From an uncultured bacterium (GTDB lineage Bacteria; Patescibacteriota; Saccharimonadia; UBA4664), in the NCBI GenBank assembly GCA_963720265.1, contig CAVRET010000002.1, forward strand, positions 392,704 to 456,703: a DNA stretch of 64,000 nt, given 5' to 3'. The notes under the pieces are model-generated. The model was not told the origin of the DNA, ran no database searches, and saw nothing but the letters and a program-made list of their open reading frames with translations. Of this stretch, positions 50,177-60,661 are shown piece after piece. Numbering within the stretch: position 1 is the stretch's first letter; the number at the start of each line of letters is the position of its first letter. The position numbers were made by a program, and so were the translations under genes.

Positions 50177-50836
50177 TTGAAAATAACTATGGAACAAAGT
50201 CCAAACACTCATACCTGGCCCGGCGCTTTCGGCGCCTTCAAACCGTCACGCGAAGCCGTCCGCAACAACCTCGGCACGCTCATCTGGTTAACGCTCATCA
50301 TCATTATTGTGGCAACCCTGCCCGACAGCCTGAGAAGCCAAAATCACCATGTAGTTTGGCCGGGTTGGCCATGGCTGCTTGCTGAAATCATAATTTGGCT
50401 CGTTAATTCCTGGCTGCAGGCGGCCCAGATCATTACCTATTTAAGCGGCGCTAAAGGGCAAAAAATCGGGCTTAGTGCAGCCACCGACGCGGCCCGGCCG
50501 GTCTTCCTTAAGCTGGCGGTAATGAATCTACTCACGGGTATACTGCTTGCTGTCTCATTTCTGCTGCTGATTGTTCCCTTCTTCTTTGTACTACCCAGGC
50601 TACAGCTTGCACCTTATTTCCTCATCAACCAAAAGCTCGGCATTATCGATGCTATTAAGGCTAGCTGGCACGATACCAAAGGCCACAGTGGGGAAGTGTG
50701 GGGGATAATTGGAGCCACGTTTCTCATGTTTTTGCCGGTGCTAACGATTATCGGCATTCCGTTTACGATCTACCTCGTCTTCATGTATCAAAATGCCCCC
50801 GCCTTGCTCTACAACCACATTAGAGAGGCCGCTTAA
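50177..50836 (+). CDS. Membrane protein (DUF975-like; start may be 50189)
   Basis: TM helices; LAPYFLI..IDAIKASW..TKG. Confidence 0.7.
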   Translation: MKITMEQSPNTHTWPGAFGAFKPSREAVRNNLGTLIWLTLIIIIVATLPDSLRSQNHHVVWPGWPWLLAEIIIWLVNSWLQAAQIITYLSGAKGQKIGLSAATDAARPVFLKLAVMNLLTGILLAVSFLLLIVPFFFVLPRLQLAPYFLINQKLGIIDAIKASWHDTKGHSGEVWGIIGATFLMFLPVLTIIGIPFTIYLVFMYQNAPALLYNHIREAA

Positions 50837-50919
50837 CGACCATTAATGGAGGGTAGCAAGGCCCTCTTTGCGCAAGGTCCGTCAGCACCAATCCACCGCA
50901 CCACTGCCATGAGTCTAAT

Positions 50920-51508
50920 AACCTCCCAGAGACCCCTGGGCCTTTAGGCCAGGGATGAATGGGTCCGCTTAAGGCGGTAGCACCAAGGCTAAGTCGGATG
51001 GCGGTCAACCTTGGCGCTGGCGCCGACAGTCTGGCATGCTGGGTATGTGAAGTCAGGTAAAAAATATTATTCCGGTGCGCATACGCTATATCGCCTGCAA
51101 TTTCATATCGTCTGGATACCCAAGTACCGCAAAAGCATCCTGCGGGGCGAAGTCGCCACTGACCTGAAGCGATTATTCTTTCAGTGCGCAGAGATGAACG
51201 ACTGGTGGATTGAGCGGCTGGCAGTGATGCCCGACCACATTCATATGCTTATTGAACTACCTCCCAGCATCTCGGTGTCACAGGTAGTACAAATATTCAA
51301 AGGTGGCTCAAGTCGGGCTATCCGCCAGACGCATCCTGAACTGGAAGAATGGTTATGGGGAGATAGCTTCTGGGCGGATGGCTACTTCGCCGAGAGTGTT
51401 GGTCGTAACACGGAGCAGGCGATTAAACGGTATATCGAAAATCAATGGAAAGCTAAACCCAGCATGCCGCCCCAAGGAAGCCTCGGGCTTTAGCCCGAGG
51501 TGGTTCAC
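50920..51508 (+). mobile_element. IS200/IS605 family element, tnpA only (left end approximate)
   Basis: Subterminal hairpins CCCTGG..CCAGGG-ATGAAT (50934-50960) and CCTCGGGC-TTTA-GCCCGAGG-TGGTTCAC (51481-51508). Confidence 0.85.
51047..51493 (+). CDS. tnpA: IS200-family Y1 transposase
   Basis: FHIVWIPKYRK, DHIHML (HUH), FKGGSSR, FWADGYF, YIENQ. Confidence 0.95.
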   Translation: MKSGKKYYSGAHTLYRLQFHIVWIPKYRKSILRGEVATDLKRLFFQCAEMNDWWIERLAVMPDHIHMLIELPPSISVSQVVQIFKGGSSRAIRQTHPELEEWLWGDSFWADGYFAESVGRNTEQAIKRYIENQWKAKPSMPPQGSLGL

Positions 51509-51537
51509 TCTGCGGCTGGCTGCTCTCATTCTGGCCC

Positions 51538-52284
51538 TTACTTTAATGTTGGTTCGCGCGCCCCGCCGACTGCGTCCTGTCCAAAAAATTGCAGATATTG
51601 CCGCCCGCCCAGGCCGTTACGTAGCGCCGCCCAGTAATGGCTAGCGCGCGGATTCTCGTAATAGGTGAGTTCACAATCGCTTGACCGCAGCCGTTCCAGC
51701 AGCTGCCGGGTATGACGATACTGCAAGAGACGGTCGCGCCGGGCAAGGTATAGCAGCACTTGTTTGCCTGTCATCTGACTAGCCAGGTTAAGCGGCGCAT
51801 AGGCATCAAAATTGCGATGCATGCCTACCTCACCGCCGCTCGCCTCAAGATACCGATCCCACACCGACCGCGGCACCAGCTTGAGTGCCGGCATTGCAAT
51901 AATGTGATCGGCCACATTACTATAGCTCAAATTCAGCACCACCTTCGTAACTTCCAGATGCCGAGCGGCCAGATTGATCGCAAAATTTGTCCCCATACTC
52001 GTTCCAAAGGCGTAGAACTCGCGCACCCCGTCCACATTGTATGCCCGCAGGCGCGACGCAGCATCGCCCAGAATAGCCTCAAACCGCCCAAGGGTCACCT
52101 GCGCGCTCACGGTGGCGATGGTTGCATCATAGTCATACACCACGACTCGGTATCCGGCTCGCACCAGCCGCCACACCGGCAGCCCCGGCAACGCCGCCTG
52201 CCAGCTGGGAATGTTAAACGGGCAAAAGAAAAACACCACCGGCCCAGCTCCCCGGCCATACACTTTAACTCTGAATGCCTGCAT
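51538..52284 (-). CDS. Alpha/beta hydrolase-fold protein
   Basis: GTSMG elbow, Asp and His candidates. Confidence 0.7.
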   Translation of the reverse strand: MQAFRVKVYGRGAGPVVFFFCPFNIPSWQAALPGLPVWRLVRAGYRVVVYDYDATIATVSAQVTLGRFEAILGDAASRLRAYNVDGVREFYAFGTSMGTNFAINLAARHLEVTKVVLNLSYSNVADHIIAMPALKLVPRSVWDRYLEASGGEVGMHRNFDAYAPLNLASQMTGKQVLLYLARRDRLLQYRHTRQLLERLRSSDCELTYYENPRASHYWAALRNGLGGRQYLQFFGQDAVGGAREPTLK

Positions 52285-52372
52285 ATGCCCAGCATAGTAC
52301 AGGTTTACTTAGCGAAAAGCTATGTTATAATAATAAATAACCAAGACACACCGACTAACCTGCGAGAAACAC

Positions 52373-53113
52373 ATGTCCGGACACTCCAAGTGGGCTTCCA
52401 TCAAGCACCAAAAAGGCATCAAAGACGCCCGCCGCGGCGCCAGCTTTACCAAATTCGCCAACCTCATTTCAGTCGCGGCCAGGGCCGGCGGCGACCCAGC
52501 CACCAACTTTAAACTCCGCCTAGTTGTCGACACGGCCAAAAAAGCCGGCGTACCCAACTCCAACATTGAGCGCGCCATTAAACGTGGCGCCGGCCTTGAC
52601 GGCGGCGGCATTTTCGAAGAAGTCACCTACGAGGGTTATGGTCCCGGCGGTGTCGCTGTAATGGTCGAAACTGCTACCGACAATCGCAACCGCACGGCGC
52701 CGGAAGTCCGTTCCGCCTTCACCAAGCACGGCGGCTCGCTCGGCACCGTTGGCTCGGTGGCTTACCAGTTCACCCAGCGGGGTGTGATTGTCATTCCGAC
52801 CACCGACCTCGAGTCCGCCACGTTTGCCGCCATCGAAGCCGGGGCCGACGACGTCGAAGAGGGCGACGGCGAGCTCATCGTTTACACCAAGCCGACCGAA
52901 CTCGAGGCTGTCCGCAAAGCCCTTGCGGTCACGGGTTACGAGCCCACTAAGGCCGAGCTTTCGTTTGAGCCCGCAACCACCATTTCCATAACCGACCCTG
53001 ACATTGCCAAAAAACTCGTCCGCCTCATGGACGCCCTCGATGACCTCGACGACGTCACCGCAACCTACGCCAATTTCGACATCGCCCCCGAGCTCATGGA
53101 GCAACTAGCGTAG
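52373..53113 (+). CDS. yebC: YebC/PmpR family protein
   Basis: MSGHSKW, YEGYGPGG, TDNRNRT. Confidence 0.96.
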   Translation: MSGHSKWASIKHQKGIKDARRGASFTKFANLISVAARAGGDPATNFKLRLVVDTAKKAGVPNSNIERAIKRGAGLDGGGIFEEVTYEGYGPGGVAVMVETATDNRNRTAPEVRSAFTKHGGSLGTVGSVAYQFTQRGVIVIPTTDLESATFAAIEAGADDVEEGDGELIVYTKPTELEAVRKALAVTGYEPTKAELSFEPATTISITDPDIAKKLVRLMDALDDLDDVTATYANFDIAPELMEQLA

Positions 53114-53218
53114 CGGCCTATATTATTTGACATTATACTAAAAATAGTTTAATATATACAAAGGCCACAAAGACATACCGCTTGCTACCTCCCCAGGCTC
53201 ACACAGGAAGGGGTCCAT

Positions 53219-53602
53219 GTGGACATGCACCAACCGGCGGCTAGCCGGCATGAGTGGAAAGAGGAGTTTGGCGAACTGATGTTCAGGATCGTCGGAGACG
53301 CCTATGGTCGCCTCCCGGACGAGTCCGACGACGCGGATATCCGCAGAGCGACCGAAGAGGCCGTGGATGCGGCCAACGCAGCCGGTCGGATCGGCTGGGA
53401 TACCGTCAAGGCTGGCGTTCTGCCCTGGACTGAGCCCGGCAACATCTACACGAACGCCGACGCGGCGAAGTACCTGCCGACGGGATTCCGCGACCAAGTC
53501 GTGGCGCTGCCGAATGGCATGCCCGCCGACATCGCATCATGCCGTGAGATCCTCGTCCTGGCGGCTTCGCTGTTTCTAGAACCAAACGTCTTGATAAGAT
53601 AA
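53219..53602 (+). CDS. Hypothetical protein (ORFan) between yebC and ruvC
   Basis: AT-rich TTGACA promoter region upstream; high GC3. Confidence 0.6.
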   Translation: MDMHQPAASRHEWKEEFGELMFRIVGDAYGRLPDESDDADIRRATEEAVDAANAAGRIGWDTVKAGVLPWTEPGNIYTNADAAKYLPTGFRDQVVALPNGMPADIASCREILVLAASLFLEPNVLIR

Positions 53603-53606
53603 TCTC

Positions 53607-54083
53607 ATGAGAATTCTCGGCATTGATCCCGGCACGGCCACCACCGGCTTCGGCGTCATTGAGTACGAGCGCGGCCGTTTCACCTTCATTGACGCCGGTG
53701 TCATTACCACCCTGCCGAACGAACCCATGCCAAACCGCCTCGTTACGCTCTACACCGAGCTGACCGAAGTCATTCGCACCGTCCAGCCGGACCAGGCCGC
53801 CGTTGAGCAACTCTTTTTTGCTACCAACGTCACCACCGCCATTAGTGTCGGCCAGGCCCGCGGTGTCATTCTTCTTGCCTTAGCCGAAGCCGGCCTCATC
53901 CCGGCCGAATACACGCCCATGCAAATAAAGCAGGCCGTTACCGGCTACGGTGGCGCCAAAAAGCCGCAAATTCAGGCCATGGTGGCGCGCTTATTAAAGC
54001 TTCGGGTTATACCCAAGCCCGACGACGCCGCAGACGCCCTCGCCGCCGCCATTACCCACGCCGGGCGCGGGCAGACGGCTTAG
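53607..54083 (+). CDS. ruvC: Holliday junction resolvase RuvC
   Basis: ILGIDPG, VEQLFF, QARGV, DDAADALA. Confidence 0.97.
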   Translation: MRILGIDPGTATTGFGVIEYERGRFTFIDAGVITTLPNEPMPNRLVTLYTELTEVIRTVQPDQAAVEQLFFATNVTTAISVGQARGVILLALAEAGLIPAEYTPMQIKQAVTGYGGAKKPQIQAMVARLLKLRVIPKPDDAADALAAAITHAGRGQTA

Positions 54084-55710
54084 TGTAGAGCTTGTCATAA
54101 TAATCGTCCAGCATGCGGTGGGCCGTAAACTGTTGCTCCATCAGCTCCAGCGCCGCTCGTAGCTTTATCAGCCATGCCTCCGGTAGTCCATCCTTACCCC
54201 GTTCATAAAACAGCGGCGCCACATTATGCTCAAGTAGTTCATACAGCGCCTCGGCCGAATCCTCCTCCGGCAACACCCAGCCGATGCGGTCGCCTTCGAT
54301 CTCGTCAAACCAACCGTCCGAGGTAGAGAGCTGAACTGCGCCGTTCAAACTCGCCTTCATACCCGATGTCCCGCACGCCTCCATGCCCCGGATCGGCGTG
54401 TTGAGCCACAGGTCGGCCCCGCCGGCCAACCACTTGGTAGTGTCGGTTACATAGTGCGGCCAATACACCAGCCGCCCGCCAAATTGCTCATGCTGCACCG
54501 CCGCCGTAATTGCTTCCGCCGCCGCCATTCCCTCTACGTCGCTCTCGTTGGCATTACCGGAAATAATAATTTGCATCGGCCGCTTAGCATCGCCCAGCAA
54601 TTTGCCCAACCGCACTAGGTCGTTCAGTAGCAGCGTTGGCCGCTTGTAGGCCGCAAACCGGCGTGCCCACACTACCGTCAGTCGTTCGGGGTCAAGCTCC
54701 GTGCCAAGTTCCCGATTAATGTGTGCCACCATACCGGCCCGATTCTCTTCATGCATCTGCCACAGCGCGGTGTCAGCGGTCTTGCGGTCGCGTTCGCCGA
54801 GGTTGTGGTGCTGCCAGCGCGGTGCGTACACTCCGTTGGTAATCGGAATGAGCCGGCTGTGAGGGTGCGCTGCCCGCTCAGCCACGCAATGCATCGCGCT
54901 GACGCCGTTGGCCGTCCGGGCGGTCGCAAGCAACAGACGGGTCGTCGAAAACGTCTCCGGTGACTCCGGCATGCAGCCCGCTTCAAACAATTCTTCAGCC
55001 GAAAAACCGGCCCGTTCCAGCACGCCGCCAAACAATTCCCTAAGTACCCCCAGCTCGGCAAAATCACCGGCGCCGGGCAAAATCGTATGCTTGGTTGCTA
55101 CTATCTGCGGACTCACAGCCGAAAGCACCTTAGCCAACGGCGCGCGCGGATGATGCCCGGCTTCCTTCAGCGCCAGTGCCACGGTTACGAGCGCCATGTG
55201 TCCCTCGTTCAAATGGTACACATCCGGCTTAATATCGAGCGCCTCAAGCACTTTCAAACTCGCCACCGCCAACAAAAACTGCTGCTGCAAGCGGGTGCGC
55301 AAGTCTGGGTCGTACAAATTGGCCATTAAATTACGGTTAATCGCCGCATTGGGCGGAAAATCCGTATCAAGTAGCAGCAGCCTCGCCGACGCCCCAAACC
55401 GCCGCTCCCACACGCGCACATCCGCCTCCCAGGTCGCGAACTCAACCGACACAACCAGCGGCTGGTCGTCAGCTGCCTGGACCAGGTGAAAGCCATGCTC
55501 AGCTAATTGTTGATCAAGCGGTGTATCGTGGCTCGTGTGTACGGCTACGTTATGCCGATAGGCCGGTCCAAACGCCACCAGCTCCCGGCCGTCATCACCC
55601 GCTTGTCGCACCAGATCGCCGGCTAATACGCCGAGGCCCCCGGCATACGTCGGCAGCGCGTCAGAGATTGCATATTCGGCGCTGTAATAAGCCACCACCG
55701 GCTGTTTCAT
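54052..55710 (-). CDS. glgP: Alpha-glucan phosphorylase
   Basis: YSAEY, YAGGLGVLAGD, HLNEGH, ARRFAAYKR, EACGTSGMKA. Confidence 0.93.
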   Translation of the reverse strand: MKQPVVAYYSAEYAISDALPTYAGGLGVLAGDLVRQAGDDGRELVAFGPAYRHNVAVHTSHDTPLDQQLAEHGFHLVQAADDQPLVVSVEFATWEADVRVWERRFGASARLLLLDTDFPPNAAINRNLMANLYDPDLRTRLQQQFLLAVASLKVLEALDIKPDVYHLNEGHMALVTVALALKEAGHHPRAPLAKVLSAVSPQIVATKHTILPGAGDFAELGVLRELFGGVLERAGFSAEELFEAGCMPESPETFSTTRLLLATARTANGVSAMHCVAERAAHPHSRLIPITNGVYAPRWQHHNLGERDRKTADTALWQMHEENRAGMVAHINRELGTELDPERLTVVWARRFAAYKRPTLLLNDLVRLGKLLGDAKRPMQIIISGNANESDVEGMAAAEAITAAVQHEQFGGRLVYWPHYVTDTTKWLAGGADLWLNTPIRGMEACGTSGMKASLNGAVQLSTSDGWFDEIEGDRIGWVLPEEDSAEALYELLEHNVAPLFYERGKDGLPEAWLIKLRAALELMEQQFTAHRMLDDYYDKLYTKPSARARRG

Positions 55711-56693
55711 AATGTCTCCTTTATCTCATCATACTGCACCATACCCCATGCCTGTCTCTCGAGCACCGCTATCGCCGCTCTTCGCTCAGCTTCAGGCTCT
55801 GCCCGCGACCAATACAAATAGTCCAAATTACCAAACACCTGCAATAAAGCCTCAAGGTGCCAAAGATGTTCATCCAAAGCTGTCGCGATGAGTTCTTTTC
55901 GCTTCAATAACGCCATAAATTCCGACTGCCAAGCAGTCTGCGCATAACCTCGGACCCACAGCGCGGCCACATCCTCCAGTGCGTGTGAAGTCCGGGCGCC
56001 TTCCCAGTCGATCAAGCTCGGCCGCCCGTCTGTCACAAAGATATGCGGCGGAAACACCTGGCTATGCATAATCGTTGTCGGACTGTCATCGTACAATCTT
56101 TGCCGTGCCATCGCGTATGATCGCACCGCCGCGGCCAGCTCTCGGAGCCGCTCATGCGGGGTCAGGACATGCACAGACGCCAACCTGGCCGCAAGTGATA
56201 GGCGGTCGGCCCCCGGTAACAACCGCAGGTGGGCGAGTAGCTTTGGCGCCATCCGCTGATAGCTTAAGATGTAATCCACGACGGTCCCAGCCTGATCGCC
56301 CTGAAAAAACTCCGGCTCAAACAGAAATGGGCCGTCGCAGGCTGCCAAGCTTCGTCCAGGCACCAATGTCCGCAATAACCAGCTGGGCCGTGTGTCCGAC
56401 CACGCCACTAGCCGGGCTATATCGCCCTGGAGCTCCCCGGCTGCTTCGCCCAGCAAACGCGTCATGGCGATCTCCACCCGCAACTGGTCGGACGGCCAGA
56501 AAGTCTGACCACTAAATCCATCCTGCCATGGCTCGTCATTGATAACGGTCTTGAGCACCAGCACTTCTTTGCCCCTGCGGACCCGGCCCACCCAATAACG
56601 CGGGCCGTGGCGGTAAACCCGCTCCACTACCAAGTCCTGGTCTGCCAGAATCGCCTCCGGAACTAGCTGGCCCTGGAAAGCCCGACGTCTCAT
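55707..56693 (-). CDS. APH-like kinase-fold protein with atypical catalytic loop
   Basis: LVLK, HSQVFPPHI (in place of HGD..N), IDWE. Confidence 0.6.
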   Translation of the reverse strand: MRRRAFQGQLVPEAILADQDLVVERVYRHGPRYWVGRVRRGKEVLVLKTVINDEPWQDGFSGQTFWPSDQLRVEIAMTRLLGEAAGELQGDIARLVAWSDTRPSWLLRTLVPGRSLAACDGPFLFEPEFFQGDQAGTVVDYILSYQRMAPKLLAHLRLLPGADRLSLAARLASVHVLTPHERLRELAAAVRSYAMARQRLYDDSPTTIMHSQVFPPHIFVTDGRPSLIDWEGARTSHALEDVAALWVRGYAQTAWQSEFMALLKRKELIATALDEHLWHLEALLQVFGNLDYLYWSRAEPEAERRAAIAVLERQAWGMVQYDEIKETL

Positions 56694-57583
56694 ACTGCCT
56701 GTTGGCCGACCGGTGGATGACCGGCTGGCTTACCTTGGGTGAGCCACTGCCGCAGACCGGCATAAGCCGCATTCACTACCCGCTCCGGCTCAATGCCGGC
56801 CGCCGCCAGCTCGTGGACAAATTCGGTCAAGGCATTTGGCCGTCCCTGTTCCAGGGCGCGCCACAACGCCACAAACTGCTGTAATTGGTCGGTTGTATGT
56901 AGATCCTCGCCAATAAACACGACGGCTTTCGAAGCCCCGAGCTGCCATAGCCAATGCCTCCACGCCATCCGGGCCGCCGGCTGCAACCGCCAAAAACTAT
57001 TAAAATTCACCTCCACCGCCGTACCAGTATCAGCCGCCCAGGTAAACACCTGCGTCCAATCCACTGCTCCCAAAGCCTCAATATTGCGTAGGGGATGTCC
57101 CAAAATATCGATCACGCTATCACGGCAAGCTATCTCGAACATCTGCATGATTGCCGCTGGGTCCTCAGCGGTTATGTCCGGCAGACGGTGGCGCGAACCA
57201 ATCACAACCGGGCAACGCGCGGCCAATTCAGCTGTGAGATCGGTGTGGCCGTCCCGCAGCAAGCTCACCTCCAGGCCAAACATTACCGGCACACCCTGGA
57301 CCGACTCTCGGCGACGGCGATGGAGCAGCAGACGTGTACGCCAATTGAAGCGACCCAAGCGGTGTGGCGCGGCCGGATTGGACGAATGTTCGTTGAACAA
57401 AATATAGCCGAGCGGCGACTCCGGCCGGCCGCACAGGCCCGCACCGATCAAGGTTCGTACGACCGCTGACACATGTAGGTTGCTCTCGGCATGGCCGGGG
57501 TAATTGGATAATTTCGTGTGCACATGTGCAAGTCCACCAAAATACCTGCGCACAAGAACCTCATCACTGTCCCGCTCTGGCAT
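56690..57583 (-). CDS. PHP domain phosphoesterase-like protein
   Basis: HVHT, NEH, GLEVS, GSRH, ILGHP, EVN, EDLH. Confidence 0.8.
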   Translation of the reverse strand: MPERDSDEVLVRRYFGGLAHVHTKLSNYPGHAESNLHVSAVVRTLIGAGLCGRPESPLGYILFNEHSSNPAAPHRLGRFNWRTRLLLHRRRRESVQGVPVMFGLEVSLLRDGHTDLTAELAARCPVVIGSRHRLPDITAEDPAAIMQMFEIACRDSVIDILGHPLRNIEALGAVDWTQVFTWAADTGTAVEVNFNSFWRLQPAARMAWRHWLWQLGASKAVVFIGEDLHTTDQLQQFVALWRALEQGRPNALTEFVHELAAAGIEPERVVNAAYAGLRQWLTQGKPAGHPPVGQQAV

Positions 57584-57584
57584 A

Positions 57585-59111
57585 CTAGTTACTCCGCTGC
57601 TCCACCTGGCCCCCGCGGATATGGTCGTACTTAGCCTTATACTTCGCCAACCTCTGCTCCCATTTGCCTTCGGGCAAGCGCGCTTTCAAGCGGTCAATGA
57701 TATAGGTCGGACTATGAAGATCGATGACATACAGGGCGTCATAGATATCAAGCTTATGCTCCAGCTTGTACCAACCGTCACGCCACAAAATCGCGGCCTC
57801 GTAGTCACCGCGCTGCGCCGCCGCCAGTTCCTCCTCATGCAGAAGGGCCTTAAAGGCTTCCCACGTCGGCCGGTCGCCGGCCTCCAGTGTCATCTCCTTA
57901 AACGGTATCCGCACCGCCCCAGCCCGTGCTCGCCGCATTTCACCCGTGAGCTCATCAAGTTTACCTGTCCGCTGCCAGTCCCAGGCCAGCGCCATGATGC
58001 GTTGATACAAGTCCAAACCCTGCGCCGCGGCCCGATTATGGCCGTCCGGTAACCCTTGCAGAACCGCGAGCAGCCCATGAGCGCCCCGTTCGATATGTTC
58101 GATCATCCACCAGGGCCTGGCGGCCGCCCAAAAAAATTGATCAGACGCCACTGCCGGGTCCAATTGCGCCCGCAGCTTCGCATAGGCCGCCGCCCGGTGC
58201 GATAACGCCTCCACCTCCGCGACAGCTAGTCGCAAGAGTTGCCACTGCAGCTGGTGAATCTCGTTATCGGGATCATTCCACGAAATAAACTGAATACCAC
58301 GGGCGATATCATCCGCGCTCGACGCCCACGTACATGCCACTGTCGGCACCTCTTGAACATCAGGGAAGCGGTCAATAACGCCGCTCACCAGTAGCGTCTC
58401 AAGCGCAGGATCGCGCCACAGCGCCAGCAATAACTGTTCGTGGCCAACCCGGTGGTGACCGAAGGTTTCACCGTCCATGCCGGTGATCACATACCGGCCG
58501 GCCGCAAACTCCTCCTTTGCCGCGCGCTTCAACGCCTGCGCTTCACGAATCGCGGCCGACATCAATGCCGCGCTCAGCCGGTGCTGGCGAAATACGGCTT
58601 TCAGGCCGGTACCTTGCACCCGGTATATTTTTGTGTAATCAACCTGCCCCACCTGCCCGTCATACGCCAGCTCATCGAGCAGCACCCACTCAAAACCAAC
58701 TGCCTCAAGCATTGGCGCAAGCTCGGGCGACCACGCCATTTCCGGCAAAAAGATCCCTCTCGGCTGATACAGCTCACCAAAATAATGCCGGCTCGTATCA
58801 TTGTTGATCTCAACCTGGCGCTTTGCCTCTTCCGGGCTGAGCAGTGGCAAAATCGTATGGAATTTGGCTGATCCCACGAGCTCTACTTGGCCGCGTCGCA
58901 CGCCCTCTGCATAGAGCTCAATCACATCTTGATGGCCATACTGAGCCAGTAAATCCAGCAATACGCCGGTAAAGTTAATAGTCACCCTGGCGCGTGGATT
59001 TGCGAGTATCCCTGCGCCAATTGGCCGATAGCATTGCTCCACAATGGCATCGATAATTTCGCGCTTTTGTCCGTAGGGCTGATAAAAGTGCAAAACATTC
59101 GCCCACGCCAT
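57585..59111 (-). CDS. Glycoside hydrolase family 57 protein
   Basis: HFYQP, FHTILPLL, FLPEMAW, MDGETFGHH, SDQFFWA. Confidence 0.9.
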   Translation of the reverse strand: MAWANVLHFYQPYGQKREIIDAIVEQCYRPIGAGILANPRARVTINFTGVLLDLLAQYGHQDVIELYAEGVRRGQVELVGSAKFHTILPLLSPEEAKRQVEINNDTSRHYFGELYQPRGIFLPEMAWSPELAPMLEAVGFEWVLLDELAYDGQVGQVDYTKIYRVQGTGLKAVFRQHRLSAALMSAAIREAQALKRAAKEEFAAGRYVITGMDGETFGHHRVGHEQLLLALWRDPALETLLVSGVIDRFPDVQEVPTVACTWASSADDIARGIQFISWNDPDNEIHQLQWQLLRLAVAEVEALSHRAAAYAKLRAQLDPAVASDQFFWAAARPWWMIEHIERGAHGLLAVLQGLPDGHNRAAAQGLDLYQRIMALAWDWQRTGKLDELTGEMRRARAGAVRIPFKEMTLEAGDRPTWEAFKALLHEEELAAAQRGDYEAAILWRDGWYKLEHKLDIYDALYVIDLHSPTYIIDRLKARLPEGKWEQRLAKYKAKYDHIRGGQVEQRSN

Positions 59112-59113
59112 GG

Positions 59114-60661
59114 CTACAACACTCGCTGCCGGTACGCCGACGGCGGATTAAGTGCTGTAGCCTCTTTGCGGTAGTCAATTGTACGGCCGTACAAGTCTAC
59201 ATATTGCCGCGCCACGTGATCCCAGCTAAAGTCTTGCTCCATGGCCCGCCGCACAATACCCAGCCACGATTCTTTCCGCTGATAGGTCATAAGTGCTCGC
59301 ACCATTGCCACTAAAAAGCTCTTGTCGGCGAAATTCTTAAACGCGAACCCTGTACCGCTCTCGCTCGCTGAGTTGTAATCTTCCACAATGTCGGCCAGAC
59401 CCCCGACCGCCCGCACAATCGGCACGCAGCCGTAGCGCATGGCCTCAATTGCCACAATGCCGCCCGGCTCATAATAACTGGGCATGAGAATCATATCGGC
59501 CCCGGCGAAAATCTTCCTCGGCATCATAAAGTCAGCCATCAGGTGCGTGCCCACGCGGCCGCCGTATTGGTGCTCCAGGCCCTCAAAAAAGCCTAAGTAC
59601 CGACCGTCACACGGGCCGCACACCACCAGCTGCACATTAAACTCGTCAAGCACAAACTCCATGGTCTCGCGTATGAGGTCCATGCCTTTTTGTTGGTCAA
59701 TCCGCCCCTCAATCGCGAAGATTGGTACACTGGGGTCCAAGTTAAGGTCAAACTCGCGCTGCAAAGCCAGCTTGTTAGCCGCCCGCGCATCAAGGTCCTC
59801 AAGCGAAAAGTTCTGCTTAATCAGTGTGTCGGTGGCCGGGTCAAAGTCAGTGTAATCCAGCCCGTTTAAAATCCCACTGGTCTTCCCGCGAAGCTCGCGA
59901 AACAGCTTGTGCAAGCCCCCGCCGTACTTTTCGTCCAGCAGCTCACGGGCATACTTTTCACTCACAGTGTTAATCCGGTCGGCGTGCATCACGCCCCGCT
60001 TGAGTGCATTTTGCCTCACGAAACGCTCGCCAAAAAATGGCGCCAGCTCGCTCTTGCCGTCATCAAAGTCCATTTCACTGGCCCGGTTGTAATCAAAATT
60101 GCCCTGGTAGGTATTGTGCACACTCATGAGTGCCGCTATCCGCGCTAGCCGCGGGTTTGTATCGCGCTCGGCGGCCAGCATATTTACGAGATAACCGGTG
60201 TGCCAATCATTGCAATGCACCACATCCGGCACGAACTCGCCGCGCTTAATAAATTCAAGCGCCGCGCGGCTTAGCAGCCCAAAGCGGATATGGTCGTCCG
60301 AGTACCCGTAGACGTTGTTCCGCAACTCGTAGTATTCCATGTTCTCAACGAAATAAACCCTCAGCGGGTCGCCGTTATTAAGCGTCGTCACCTTCACGTT
60401 GCAAATCAACTTTTCCGGCCCGCGTTTCGGGTCAGTCTCGCCGGTCGGCACTTCCATGCCTTCCATGAGCATGGCCAGGTCAAAATTTTGATCAATCTGC
60501 GTGCCGTATTTCGGGGTAAAAATGCGCACATCCACCCCCTGACGAAGCAAGGCGTGCGGCAAGAAATACGACACCTGGCTTAAGCCCCCCTGCCGGGAGA
60601 ACGGTGCTACTTCGGCTGAGACAAACAAAACCTTGAGCGGCTCTTCTGCGCCCTTTGCCAT
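59114..60661 (-). CDS. glgA: Glycogen synthase (GT5)
   Basis: SAEVAPF..GGL, HCNDWHTG, TVSEKYA, NGLD, PSYYEPGG. Confidence 0.93.
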   Translation of the reverse strand: MAKGAEEPLKVLFVSAEVAPFSRQGGLSQVSYFLPHALLRQGVDVRIFTPKYGTQIDQNFDLAMLMEGMEVPTGETDPKRGPEKLICNVKVTTLNNGDPLRVYFVENMEYYELRNNVYGYSDDHIRFGLLSRAALEFIKRGEFVPDVVHCNDWHTGYLVNMLAAERDTNPRLARIAALMSVHNTYQGNFDYNRASEMDFDDGKSELAPFFGERFVRQNALKRGVMHADRINTVSEKYARELLDEKYGGGLHKLFRELRGKTSGILNGLDYTDFDPATDTLIKQNFSLEDLDARAANKLALQREFDLNLDPSVPIFAIEGRIDQQKGMDLIRETMEFVLDEFNVQLVVCGPCDGRYLGFFEGLEHQYGGRVGTHLMADFMMPRKIFAGADMILMPSYYEPGGIVAIEAMRYGCVPIVRAVGGLADIVEDYNSASESGTGFAFKNFADKSFLVAMVRALMTYQRKESWLGIVRRAMEQDFSWDHVARQYVDLYGRTIDYRKEATALNPPSAYRQRVL

